DNA of 64,000 bases from NCBI GenBank assembly GCA_013265495.1, contig MU057796.1, positions 372,001 through 436,000 on the forward strand, in the 5' to 3' direction. The notes below the pieces were generated by a model. The model searched no databases, had not been told where the DNA came from, and worked only from the letters and a program-made list of their open reading frames with translations. The position numbers and the translations under genes are program-made. Of the stretch, positions 25,531-38,555 are shown one piece after another (within the stretch, counting starts at the first letter, position 1; each line of letters begins with the position of its first letter). The DNA is from Vicugna vicugna. Its lineage: Eukaryota.

Positions 25531-26578
25531 TTAACTTCCTGTAGATAGGGCTTCTAGTTTATAGTTTTACCATGGAGATATAACACTCACTTGGATTATT
25601 GGAGACTTACTGTCATCAACTGCAAAGTGTTAGGATTGGATATATCGGTGAGTAAACGGCAGTTCTTAAACTGGGGATGTGCTTGGTTCACAGATTTTTG
25701 TTATTGCTGTTTAACATTGCATAATATTAAATTTTTTAAAGTAGGTACAAACATTTTTTAATCAGGAGAGTGTTTAAAAAGTCTAGACTCTGGGCTTTTC
25801 ATGAACACTTAGACTCTCTCATTCCTGGCCTGCGTTCCATCATGACAATGATTGGCTGGAGCTAAGTGAGTCAGTCCCTTTAAAGGAGACGGGTACTCTC
25901 CAGTTCATCATTGATCCTACTTAAATAAGCTACTTTCCTGATTTCTTGTAAGCATTTGAGTTTTGTCTCCAAGATTAGCTGATTCTTAATGTTTATTTGA
26001 TTTTCAATTCAGTGATTCTACCTCCATAGTACAAGCTTATCTTTTTAGTAAGCTAACTTTCCCATTACCTAAACATGGCCTCAGTATATAGTGATTGGGA
26101 ATCTGGAGGTTCATATTATAAATTTATGAAGCTAGACATAAAATCCATCTTAAATTCCTTCGTGAGAAAATACAAGAGCTGCAATGTGCCAGTTTCTGCC
26201 AGGCATTCTTAGGAACAGATCACACAAAAGTTATGTAGTATCTTAACAGCCACATTAAATTAAAGTGAAAAGACTGTAGAAGACAGTGCAATGCCATGCA
26301 TATTTTGTAAGAATATTTTTTATTTCCACATGGGCTGTGAGTGAGAGACATTTAGAATCTGAATAATGGAATTAGTTATTTGTTTCCTACTTGATGATTT
26401 AATTAAGATGAGTTTCCATTGGCTGTAAAAAAGGCTCTTGATGAAGATGCTTGTGGAAAACATAATAGGATTTATTTGTTTATAAAATATTTAATAATTC
26501 TAGGAAATTTCTCTTCTCTCATCATTTTGAATGATATCCATTTTTGGCAACGTAACTTCTATAGTGTTGCATTCAGCG

Positions 26579-26613
26579 TATGTGTGTGTGTGTGTGCGTG
26601 TGTGTGTGTGTGT
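26579..26613. repeat. (TG)n microsatellite
   Basis: Read directly. Confidence 0.95.
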
Positions 26614-28339
26614 TTCCCTAAAAAGAGAAGAGCAAAATTAAGTCCAAAAAAAAAAAATTGCACCAGGCCGAAGCATGTGACCCAGTGGTCTTGTTTCCAT
26701 CACACACAGGAACAAACAGCTTGTTTTAATAATCAAATATTTTTCCTAAGGGTCTTGTTAAATTGCTGAATGTAAATTGCAATTGGAATTGACTATTAAA
26801 GATCTTGGTAGAGTAGGTTAAACATCTGTTCAATTTATTACAATTTTATTTGTACTTCAGCTGTAACTGGGGCAATTAAGCCAATCAGAGCAAGCAAATC
26901 AGATCTAATTTACACTCTAATGGACTAAAAATGAATGAATAGACACTGCACTACTAGATCCAAATGATTAAATATGTCTCTAAGGATTTTTTTTCTATTT
27001 CAGTATATAAAATCATGGTGTTTATACCATAATTAACCACTTAAGAATGATGTAAATAAATGTGAACATCTATTTTTTATGTTTTTATAAAATTTCTAAA
27101 TAAAATTCAAGACGATAATACATGACTCCTTCTTAACTTAGACAAATTTGCTTACAAAATTATTCATTAAATCCAAGTTTATGGTTTATCTGAATGCTAA
27201 AATCTTAATGGAACACACAGACACTAATTTTTTTGAATAAAAGTTTCTATGTTCTCTCTTTCTCTCTCTCTCTCTCTCTTTTTTTTTTTTGCCTTAGCCA
27301 TGGACTGCAATAAGAAAGATTAGTAATGGATTTAGTATTGTAAGTGGAGACTTTATTGATTTTTTTGTAGGGTTCATACAGTTTAGAAATGACAACTTGA
27401 CAATGCAGAAATGTAAAATTCAGAGCAGTATCTAGGCAGAGCAAGGTCACATTTATCTTCTTAGGAGCCCAGAGCCACCATACCACCAAGGAACTACATA
27501 CTGGATCATGCATGCCACAATGCAGACTGAGTGATGCAAAGCAGACACTGTGTTGTAGATGGACGTCGAGGCTCAACTTTCATCAGTGTTCTGGGAGCTG
27601 CTATCATTTCAGTTCAGCAAATACCAAACAAAACACCACCGCATAACATGCACTAGATTGAGCATTGGTTAAATTAATTACCATATAGCAATATACCAGG
27701 CAAAATGGTAGACTCTTTAATACACCCATTACCTTACTTGGTGCACTAAATTGTCCTCTATTTGGGAAAATAACAGTAGACCCAATATCGTATTTTGTCT
27801 ACTTTCTGGAAGGTATTTTTTTAACACTCTCCAACTAGCCCTCCACTAGGTTCACAAGTAGCATCTGCATAATTTATTTGGGGATTTAAGGGTTTGTTGG
27901 AGGTCATGCAATCCATCCTTTTACTTCCAATGTCTGATGTAAACAAGTCCAGCAAGATCTACTTGCTCAAAGGAAAGTCCTTACAATTGCCTTCGGCCAT
28001 GTGTCTTAGAACACACTGAATCTGACTTATCTCACTAAAATCCGCCAAATCAAGGAAATCTGCATGCACTCAGACCTCCATGAATACATTTCACAGGTGT
28101 CCTCTACTCCTCTTGGATGTGCCCTTTGCTGTACCCATTTTCCTATGATACTCATCACTTTCCTCTGACAATTAATCTTTGCTAACTGCTTTAGATAAAG
28201 CAACAATTATTTATGGGGAACATATTACAGAGTCATGTTCTGGGTCCCACGTATTTCAGGGAATGTATTGTATTATGTCTAGGCAAATCCTCCCTCCCAC
28301 TCTCCCTTCCTTATCTTTCTTACTTCTTCAGATATTTCC

Positions 28340-28790
28340 GAGGTACTGCTGAGCACCAGGTGCCAGGTAGGCCCCTAATAATATAATTATAAGCATGAAA
28401 CTGGATGGAGTATGATGCCGAAGAGAGACTGAGAGGCCAGGGCTGAGAAAGCCCGTGACGGTGGTGTGAGCTAAATCTTCTCAGAGAGGTGGGGAGGGGC
28501 TGGAATTTATGGAGCCTGTGAACTGTGTTGAGGAATATTTTTATCTTCAAAGCAGTATAGAATAGTGAAGATATTTAAGCAGAAGTTAAGACATCATTTT
28601 GCCTGCAGAGAGGAGAATGAATTAATTGACACAGAATAAGAGCAGTTGGACCAGTCAACCAGTTGAGAAGAGAACTCTAGAATCCGGTTGTGAGAGGATG
28701 CTAGCTTAGGTTAGGATAGTGGCAGTCATTAAGAAAAATGGATGGATTTGAGAGGCACAAAGGTGTATGTGTTAGTTTTGAGATTTTCTT
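28340..28790 (-). mobile_element. LINE-2 fragment
   Basis: ctgagcaccaggtgccagg; gaagatatttaagcag; gatggatttgagag. Confidence 0.65.
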
Positions 28791-30309
28791 TGTTTTAGGT
28801 ACTTTATAGTCACTATTTAGTTTAAACTGCATTTTCAATAAAATGATCAATTTCCCAAACACAAGCCCTTCCTCATCTTTCTCGTCTATTTTCTCCAGCT
28901 TTACCTTCCTTTGCCGTTGTCTTTTCCATACAGTGGAACTCAATTTAACTTGGAGGGGAATAAAAGCCTAAACCAAACCTATCAATTCTGATGCTTCTTT
29001 TGAACTGAACAGTCCAGTTTTTTTTTTTTCTGGTGTTAGTTCAACAGCTATGGGGCAGTGAGAGGTGGAGGGATGTGTCCTTGAAGAACGTGTTTGGAAT
29101 ATGGCCAAGACATCTTTACCTTTAAGGAGTCCTGAGAAATCTGGCTATTATAAATCCTAATCGAGTCTCATAATGTTTTCCAAGCAAATGAGACCACTTT
29201 GTAAAAAGCAAAGACATCTTCTCCCAGGAAAGGGGCCATGTGCAAGAGGAGGAGGTGTAAATGGAGAGGAGCCACCAGCCCTTTCAGAATGCTACATGAT
29301 GTAACAGCCCCACTACACTGCCTCATTTGTGCTGGAAAATTTTAAATAGTCAGAGAAATATAATCCTGTCCCATTAGCATAGCAACAAGTATGTCTCAGC
29401 ATAATAAATGTGGTTCCAGGGTGGCATTCAGTTCCATTTTGCACGCCCTTCTGTCTCACCTTTCATTGCCAATGCCATTGAAGTTCTAATGGGAACAGTC
29501 TTTGAAAGAACCCTGCTGGCTTTTTGGCTGCCTATTGGCAACAGAGAAGACAAGGAGGATGGGCATATACATTTGTAAAGTTCCACTTGCTTATCTTCCT
29601 TAGGAACAACATTTTATCCTTTCAAGCTCATCTCCTAGCCACTGTAATTAGGCTTTCCAGAAGCCTACAGTCTTGCAGCCGTCTTAACATCACAATAGCA
29701 TTTTGATCAGCTTGGACAGTTACCAGTTCATCAGTCTGGAAAGACTTTGCACCATATCCAAAGATTTCACTGTATCTTGGTGAATACCATTAGTTCCCAG
29801 AAGGAAAATAGAAATATTTTTATAACACTATGCAAAGAAGTTATTCAAGATCAGGCTTATGGTGTTAAAACTTTTATCTTCAAGCTTAGCAACAAGTCTT
29901 CTCATGTTGAATCATTTACTTATGGGGGCATCAAAGAGCATGGAAGCCTTTCATTGATTGAGCAGGCAAGGGAAAAGTTTATTGGAGAAAGAGGGACAGT
30001 GATAAATAGAGGTACATGGACAAAGGGACTGAAGAAAAAGGTAAGAGGAGGAAAAATGTGCTGAGTTGTAAGCTTCCTGAGGTCAAGATTCAAGTTTTCA
30101 GCATTCTTCTTCTTTGAAACATAATGATGCATTTGATCATGTTGATACTGTGGCAAGTAAGAACCCAACTGAGTATCAGTGACTCTGCAGTCAGACTCTG
30201 CAAAGGCCTCTGTCATGTATCAAGGTTTTCAATAATGAGAGGATCTTGAATTCAAGAACACCAGAACTGTCTGCTGTAGGTTTTCAGGAACCTTTTCTCT
30301 TAGGTGGAA

Positions 30310-30476
30310 TAGGGTTGTCTAATAGGAGTTCCAGTGATGATGGAAATGTTCTGTTCTCTGCTGTCAAAGCATTTGAAATGTGGATAGTACAAGTAAGGAA
30401 CTGGACTTTTTAATTTTTAAATTTTAATTAATTAAGCCACAGAAGACTGCTGGCTTACCATAGTGGATAGTGCAGT
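30310..30476. mobile_element. MER3-like hAT-Charlie element
   Basis: tgtctaatagga...gatgatggaaatgttct...catttgaaatgtggatagt...gtggatagtgcag. Confidence 0.75.
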
Positions 30477-30685
30477 GGAGGGCTGAGGTTACCTACTGGA
30501 GGCATTCATGTTCCATCACATCCTAAGAGAGAAAAGTGCAGGCACCTCCTCCCACCCCAAGGTTAGAGAAGACCTATTCTGCAGTCATTAACTCGACCGT
30601 CTGAAATGAACGTCAAATGAGAGAGAAGAGCATCTGAGGGTCAGACTTATACCTTAAGTCTTTATGTTAAAGCCATGCCCCTTAC

Positions 30686-30747
30686 TCTTTAAGCTTTGAC
30701 TCCATTTCTTTTTCAAGCTGGAGTCATTGCAAATATTTTTAGCATTG
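30686..30747 (-). other. Candidate 62-nt exon containing a Kozak-context ATG (30705)
   Basis: Acceptor ttctttcttcttctgcag|CAA, donor AGA|GTAAGG, gaaATGG. Confidence 0.35.
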
Positions 30748-32309
30748 CTGCAGAAGAAGAAAGAATTACGTCTGTTTTTGATTAACACCTGCAAGACCAG
30801 CGCAGTGCTGATTCTCTTGTTCAAGGAGGCTTGCTAAATAGATTCAACGTTATGTTCTAAAAGGGAGTCTTCAGATTTGCTTGTAATATGACTATTTTTG
30901 TTATGAGATGTGATTTCCCAATGCTGGGAGTAGAGAAAGAATATTTTCCTCATCTAATTGCAAATGTGTGATTGTTTAAAAAAAAATCCTTTTGCTTGTA
31001 GGTAAGACCTTCCATTCAAGCCATAAGCAGGGTTATCTAAGTTCTTCAGATTCCTACGGTTGTCAGTGACCCACTGAGGCATTAATGAATAGGGCAGTAG
31101 ATATTTGGGGGCAGATCTGGTGCCTGGTACTTGTGCTCTGTCTGTGTACATGAGTGAAAGTGGCACGTAGGCAAAAGAGGGAGGCAGCATTTGGCCCAGT
31201 GATTCCACTGCAGCTGCTAAAACAGAAATGCCAATGCAAAGCTGAGCTACTAATTGGAAATGGAATAAACTAAAGAAATCTTGGTTCAAATGGCAGCTAT
31301 ATTTTTTAAAGAGAAGATTTCAGTTGAAATGCCAAAAGAGACAGTTAGCCAAAACATTTGTCTATGGAAATTTCTCTTCTCAATTTTATTCAGATTTGCA
31401 GCTGAGTGCTAAGTGAAGCACTTCTTGAGAACACATGTCATGGATAAACCAAGATGTTTATTTTCCTAAGTAACAGATCAGATTGAACCCACAACAAATA
31501 GTTCAATTAGCATGATTATTAATAGGCTGATCCATGCAGGCTAGAATAAATGAAATCAAACATGTTGGAACTGAGCTCCTAGGAAAGCCATCTCAATGGT
31601 AAGGGTGTTAGCTGAGCAAGGCAGCTGGAGCAGGTTTTCAGTTGTTGATGGGACACTGGGGTGAGAAAGGGTCAGATTAAGAAGGTGTGTGTGTGTTCTG
31701 TAAAATTATTTACTTAACACATTGTGTGTGATGTTCTTCCATAGCTTCTATACAAGGACTGTTGGGTTAAATTCTACTTTCTTTTTCAAATTTAGTGTCA
31801 GAAAAATGCTTTCTTCTTCTGGTGAGTTGGTATAATCCCTTATATCTATCATTAAGCAACACATGTCACTTTCATGACCCTTTTGCCCTGGATTCCTGAA
31901 AACTCAGAGTGGAAGTCATTATTCAATCACATTATTGTCATTGGCTTCTATTTCCCCCACCCCAACCTGGTTAAGAGCAAGATCCACAGATACGGGCGGT
32001 CAACAGCAATTTTAGCTCTCTCCTTGCTGAGTAATCTTGAACAAATCACATTTCTTACTGAGCCTGAATTTACTCATTTTAAAAGTGGAGTCATAGTCCA
32101 TATTTTATAGGTGTTTTACTATATTTATGATTTACAGTAAATAATAACAAATTTCAATTATTGAATTTTAAATTATTCTTTTGCTCTACAACTTATTGTA
32201 AATCATCAATCATATTTAGAAGCAAGTATGACATTAATGAGGCAATCAAAATGTTTGAGGGTAATTATTTAAAGGACTGAACAAAAATGGGTATATTGAC
32301 ATTTTTTTC

Positions 32310-32920
32310 TTTGTTTACATTTCCTTCTCAAGGTATAATTTACATACAGTGAAGTGTACAGGTCAGTGAACTTTGACAAATGTGTATACTCATGTAACCC
32401 ATACTCCTATTAAGATAGAGAGCATTTCCATCACCTAAGAACTTTCTCTCCAGCCTTTTTCAGCCAAACTTTTCTCACACAGAGACAAAACTTTTCTGCA
32501 TTATGTCACTGTAGACTTCTTTTTGCCAGTTTTAGAATTCCACGTAAATGGCATCTTGCAGTGTATCTATCCTTTTTTGTGTTTGGCTTCATTTGCTCAA
32601 TGCACGTCTTGAGATTCACCCATGAAGTTGAGAATATAAATAGTTAAATATAAATAGTTCCCTCCTGCTGTATGAAGATACCACAACTTGGTATTTGTGC
32701 TCCTGTTGATGGGCATTTGACTGTTTTCAACTTTCGGCTATCATGAATGGAGCTGCTATGAATTTTCTTCTACAAGCCTTTTCACAGTCATGTGTTGTTT
32801 TAAATCACTCCTGGAAAAAGATGCAAACGTGGAATCATTGTGTCAAGTGATTGTATCATTTTACATTTCCACCAGCAAAGTATGAGTGTTCCTCACCAAG
32901 ACTGGGTGCTACCTGTCTTT
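32310..32920 (-). mobile_element. Old L1 (L1ME-like) 3' region
   Basis: aggtataatttacatacagtgaagtg...gagcatttccatcacc...ttttacatttccaccagcaa. Confidence 0.85.
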
Positions 32921-33000
32921 TAAAAAAACATCACAAAAAACACACTTGTATTATTGAAAGAAAAGATATTTATTTTTGTATTTTTTAAAATAAACATTCC

Positions 33001-33120
33001 GGGGGGGTGGGGATGGTATAGCTCAGTGGTAGAGTGCATGCTTAAAATGCACGAGGTCCTGGGTTCAATTCCCAGTACTTTTGTTAAAAAAAAATCTCAG
33101 AGTTTCCCTCCAAAAAACCC
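33001..33120 (+). mobile_element. tRNA-derived SINE (camelid Vic-like)
   Basis: G-rich head, Pol III box A tagctcagtgg and box B ggttcaattcc, A-rich tail. Confidence 0.85.
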
Positions 33121-36100
33121 ATTTAATTTTGGGATGATTTTAGGTTTACAGAATTATTTCAGATAATGCAGAGACTTCCCGTATATTCCCATATCCCAAT
33201 ATGTTGCATGTATTCCACACCAAGTTTTCTCTGTTACTAACTAGCATCTTACATGTGGTACATTTGCTGCATGAATGAATCCATATTGACCCACTATTGT
33301 TAAGTAAACTAAAGCCCGTACTTCATTCACATTTCCCCTTTCTTTTGCTAATGCCCATTTTCTGTTCCCGGATTCTACATTGTATTTATTAGTTCTATTT
33401 CCTTAGGCTTCTCTTGGCTGTGACAGTTTCTCTGAGTTTGCTTGTTTTTGATGACCTTGACAGTTTTCAGAAGTACTGGCGTTTTGTAGAGCATCCTTCC
33501 TTCAGTTGTGATTTGTCTGATGTTTTTCTCATAATTATGCGTTATGGGGGAGGCGTTACGCGTTTGCGGGAGGAAGACCACAGAAGTAAAATGCTGTTCT
33601 CATCACATCATATAAAGGATATGTACTGTCAATCTGACTTATCACTGTTGAGTGATCTCACTGTTAACCTTGATCACCTGGCTTGAGGTAGGGCATATCT
33701 GCTTTTTCCACTGCACAGGTAACTCTTTTCTTTGCTCCTTTCCATACTATACTTAAGAAGGAAGTCACTATGCAGAGGTCACATTTTAGAAATGCGAAAC
33801 TCTGTTGTACCTCCTAAATGTGAAGTAGCTACGTAATTGTTATTTTGAATTCTTCTGCCCTGGTGATTTGTCTATTATCTCTTATTTACTTATGTATTAA
33901 TCATTTATATCAGTATGGATGCATAGATATTTATTTTATACTTTGGTTTATAATCCAATACAAATTTATTTATTTGTTGCTAAGTTGTTCCAACTTTGGC
34001 CACTGGGAGTACTTTCCTTTGGCTATGTCACCTTCATCATATCATAGGTACAATTTTTTTTTAGCATTTCCTTACGTTTTCATATTACAAAATGTTCCAG
34101 GTACATCTCCTTCCTCAGCCCTAGAATCAGCCATTTCCCCAAGGAGCCCTGGTTCCTTTCACCGGAGGATGGCGCTTAAAAATCAAGAAATGCCTGGTAG
34201 CTGTGGTCACTGTTACTGGGGTAGTCTTACTTCTAAGGCTCTCTTAGTTGACAGAGCAAGAAAGTGTGTGTGTGTCTGTGTGTGTGTGTGTGTGTGTGTA
34301 TGTGCTGAACTATGTTTATACACATATTGATAAATAGTTCTGCATGTGTGTTTTTGTCAACTTAAACCTGCATTCATACTGATGTCTCTAACTTAATGCA
34401 TCATCACATGGATCATTCTAGCCAAGTCCCCTTGCTCATCTGTAACCTCCTACTGCAACAGTGAGGAGCCTGGATTCAAATATCTGCTATCCATTAAATA
34501 CTTGTTTTATAAATGCTATTAGTGTTATATTAAAATTTTTATCACCAAATCTAAGGTCATGTAGATTTTCTGCCATGCTTTCTTCCAAAGATTTTATAGT
34601 CTGACATTTTACATTTAGGTTTATGATCCATTTTGAGCTAATTATGTGTAAGTCATAGCACTGCATCTAGATTCTTTTCTGTCTCTCTCTCTGTCTTTTT
34701 TTTTTCTCACTCTTTCTCCCTCTTTCTCTTTATTTTGCATATGGACATCCAGTTATTCTAGTATCTTTGTTGAAAAAACTATTATTTCTGCATCAAGTTG
34801 CCTTTGCTCTTTTTTCAAAAATCAGTTGGCTGTGTTTGTGTGAGCCTATTTATTGCCTCTTTATTCTGTTGCTTATTTATCTACTCCTTATGTCTTTTCT
34901 TTCACCGATACACCAATGTCTTGATTAATGTACATCTATAATAATTTTGAAATCAAGTCTTGTGGGTCTTCTGACTTCATTTTTTCCTAAAAATTGTGTT
35001 GGCTATTCTAAGTTCTTGATATTACAAGTATACTTTAGAATCACTTTTTTAATATCTATGAATTAGCCTGCTAGGACATTGTTGGGGATAAAGTTGAATT
35101 TATAGATCAAGTTGGGAAAAACAGACATCCTTACAATACTATGTCTTTCAATCGAGAACAAAAAATATGTATTTCTTTAGAGTTTTTTCTTCATCAGAGT
35201 TTTATAGCCTTCTGCTTCTGATCTTATACATATTTTGTTAGATTCATATCTAAATATTTTAGGGGGCTATTATAAATGGTATTGTGTTTTTAACTTCAAA
35301 TTCCAATTTTTTGTTGAAGGTATATAGGAACGTCACTGAATTTTGTATATTAATCATGTATCCTGAAACTTTGTTGTAATCACTTATTAATTCCAGGAGA
35401 TTTTTTGTTGTTGTTGATTCTTTAGGGTTGCTACATAAGTAATTATGTCATCTGTGAATAAAAAGATAATTTTATTTCTTCCTTCCAAATCTGTATCTCT
35501 TTCATATTTTATTGCACTATGTATATATGTCTACTACCAGTGTTGAATAGGAGTGGTGAGGTGAAACATCCTGATCTTAGGGGGAAAACACCCATCCATC
35601 ATCTTACCATTTTCTTGACTCTTTTTTCATAAATTAATTGACCATATATATGTGGGAGGTTATTTCTGGACTCTCGTTCTGTTGCATTAATCTGTGTCTG
35701 TTTTTCTGCCAGTATCATATCATTTTAATTACTGTAGCTTTGTAATGCAGTTTGAAACCAGGGAGAATGATGACTCCAGCTTAGTTATTATTTCTCAAGA
35801 TTGCTGTGGCTATTCAGGATCTTTTGTGATTTCGTACAAATTTTAGGATTATTTTTTCCTTCACCTTTGAAGATAATTTCACTAGAATTTTTTCTTTTAA
35901 CACTTTCAGTATTTCATTCTACTTTATTGTAGCTTGCATGATTTCTGATAAGAAATATTCTGTAAATCTTATCTGCTCCTCTCTAGGAAAAGTGTATTTT
36001 CTCTCTGACTTTTTCCCCCAAGATTTTATTTTTTTCCTTTGGTCTCCTGCAGCTAGAATATAGTATGTCTAGGCATAATTAAAACTTTTTTTTTTGGTAT

Positions 36101-36140
36101 TTTTGATTTGATGTCTATAATTAATTTTGGAAAGTTCTTA
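33121..36140 (-). mobile_element. Mosaic of old antisense L1 fragments (3' UTR and ORF2)
   Basis: ttttacatttaggtttatgatccattttgagctaatt; ttgaatttatagatcaagttggg; tatatgtgggaggttatttctggactctc; (TG)n at ~34264-34299. Confidence 0.85.
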
Positions 36141-36144
36141 GGTG

Positions 36145-36412
36145 TGTTAGGGATTGGTTTCTTGTGCGGCCTCTCTCCTTGACTTGTAGATAGCTATCTT
36201 CTCCCTGTGTCTTTCCTCTGTCTATATTGTAATCTCCTTTTCTTATAAAAATAGCAGTCTTGTAGAATTTGGACCCATCCTAATGAGCTCATTTTAACTT
36301 ACCTTTTAAAAAAAAAAACCTCTATCTCCAAGTCCAGCCACATGCTGACATACTGGGAGTTAGGACTTCAAGTTGTGAACTTTGGGGAGGGGTGCAAAAT
36401 TCAGCCCATAAT
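36145..36412 (-). mobile_element. MaLR LTR fragment (MLT1-like)
   Basis: ggcctctctccttgacttgtagatagc...ggacccatcctaatga...gcaaaattcagcccataata. Confidence 0.75.
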
Positions 36413-38314
36413 AGAGATTCCGTCTGCCTCCTCTTAAGTGAGACAAGAGGGACAGAGGGAGCTGGGGTGAGAGAAATGTCCTTTCCCTGACTCTTGAATA
36501 TGGCTCTGGTAAAATCTTCCACCCTAGAGACCCAATCTTTCTTTTGGAGAAAACTCTGGGCATATTTCATAAAGTTTACTCTTCCCTTCCCCCTTGCCAG
36601 AGCCATGATAGGATCTATCTCAGATCCTCACCCTCTGGTGGGGCTCCTGAAGGAAAAGCCCAGGAAGCATGGGGGTTTCTCTAAGACTGCAACTCCAAAG
36701 AGTTTCTCACAATCAATCTAATCCACACTCAACCTTCAGTAATTTATTCAAATGACAATTTAATTATTCCTACCAGTTTGTAACTCCATTGGATTCTGCT
36801 CCTATGAAGCAAATTTGAGCTATGACTCTGGATCCATCTGTCTTTCTAGATTTTAAGGTATCAATTTGCCCTACCAACTTAGGTCTCTGCTATGTCCAGG
36901 AAAATTTTATTAAATTTCACTTTGTTGACCTTTTTCTTGTAAGGATGGAGGTAATAACTTCCAAAATCTTTACATATTGGAATTGAAACCAGAAGTACTG
37001 GTTACATTTTAAGTCATTCTATTTACTGAGCATTAAAAATCTAAAAAGTAAAAAAATTGACCCCATATAGATGTTTCTCTTTTCTTCCTGCTATGTGAGA
37101 AAATCCAAACATTTCCTTCTCTTTCTCCTTCCATTTTTATACTTTTTGTTGATTTAAACTGTAATTTTAGATAATAATGCAATTGAATTTTTGAAATGTA
37201 AATGTGTTTATTAAATTTTAAAATTGACATTGTACTAAGTCTTATCCATGATTATTTGGGTTTAACTCTACATTTTACTGGTTACACTGTTTATCTTCAC
37301 TTCGTTTATACCATGACTTGCAGGTTTTTTATTTGGATTGATCCCTTGGTCAGCTGAAACGTATTACACTAGATATTTCAAGAAGAGTTCATGGTTGGTA
37401 TAATTTCTGAGTCCTTCAGTGACCAAGAATATCCTTCTTCCCGTCACATGTAATCACTAACTGATTTGAGCATGAAATTCTTGTACTCAGTTTGCTTCAA
37501 AAGTCTGTAGACTTTGCCTTGTGACTTTTTGCCATTTAGTAGTACAGAGATGTTTGTGGTCCCTTAAGATAGTTTTCCTTGGCAAATAGCTTTTTTCCTG
37601 CCTGGATGGTTTTAATAATTTTTATCCTTGAAATTCAGAAATTTTATCAAAGTATGTCTAGATGTTTGTCTCCTCTCATCAACTTTGTCAGTAATTCTTG
37701 ACCTCTTTCAATTTTAATGGTCAGGTGTTCCTTCCAGCCAGGAAGTTCTTTTTATTATGGAATTCTTAAAACACATGGAAGAGTGAATAAAATCTTTATA
37801 ATGCATGTCCTTAAATCTACCATTCAGTTTTAGTAAATCATATTGATTTGCCACATGTGCCATGAATGATTTATAATAAAGTAAATTTTTCAGCTATATT
37901 TGAAACTTCTTGCACACCTCCCACTATTCCATTCTCCTATTTCTCTATACTGTTACATATATGAGTTTTAAAAATATATTGTTTTGCATCTTTTAATTTT
38001 AAATGCTTTGGGATCATATTGCATCTATATTTCTGAATCTTCCTTTTTTCAGCCTACGTCATATTTTTGAGACTTTGATATAGTGGTAGCTGCTTTTTCT
38101 TCATTTTAATCTGCTGCCTCATTCTGCTGCGTAAATGTATCACAATTAATTTATCCATCTCTATGTTGATGGACATTTAGGTAGTTTCCAAATGATCACA
38201 AATATAAATAAGGCTGCAATGAATATTCATTCACATGTCTTCTGTAAAAAGTTCTCTAGGTTTTGTACTGAGAAGTGGATTTCCTTCAATAGTAATATCA
38301 TTCAGGAGGTAGTC

Positions 38315-38555
38315 CTTGCAGAGATCTTACTATGTACCAGGCACTGTTCTAAATATTTAACTGACATAGACACATTTACCCTTTCAGAATAACTCTGTGA
38401 GGTAGGTACTAGTTACTATCCACATTTTAGAATTAAAATATGAGGCACAGAAATTTTAAGTGACCTGTCCAAAGTCTTACAGATTCAAGTACAAGAGCCA
38501 GCCAGGATTAAACTCATGTAATCTTATGCGGAGTCTGCCCATTGAACCACTATGA
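38315..38555 (-). mobile_element. MIR SINE
   Basis: cttactatgtaccaggcactgttctaa...ctctgtgaggtaggtact...tgaggcacagaaattttaagtgacctgtccaaagtc. Confidence 0.85.

Noticed and set aside
27500..27600. Possible minus-strand exon ending CCA|GTATGT
   Set aside because: There is no convincing acceptor, and the reading frames contain stops.
33012..33080. tRNA gene
   Set aside because: It has A and B boxes but a G-rich head, an A tail and no clean acceptor stem; it is a SINE.
33845..34330. 161-aa ORF (and the 180-aa ORF at 56404-56946)
   Set aside because: These are antisense readings of decayed L1 sequence, T-rich and partly microsatellite-derived.
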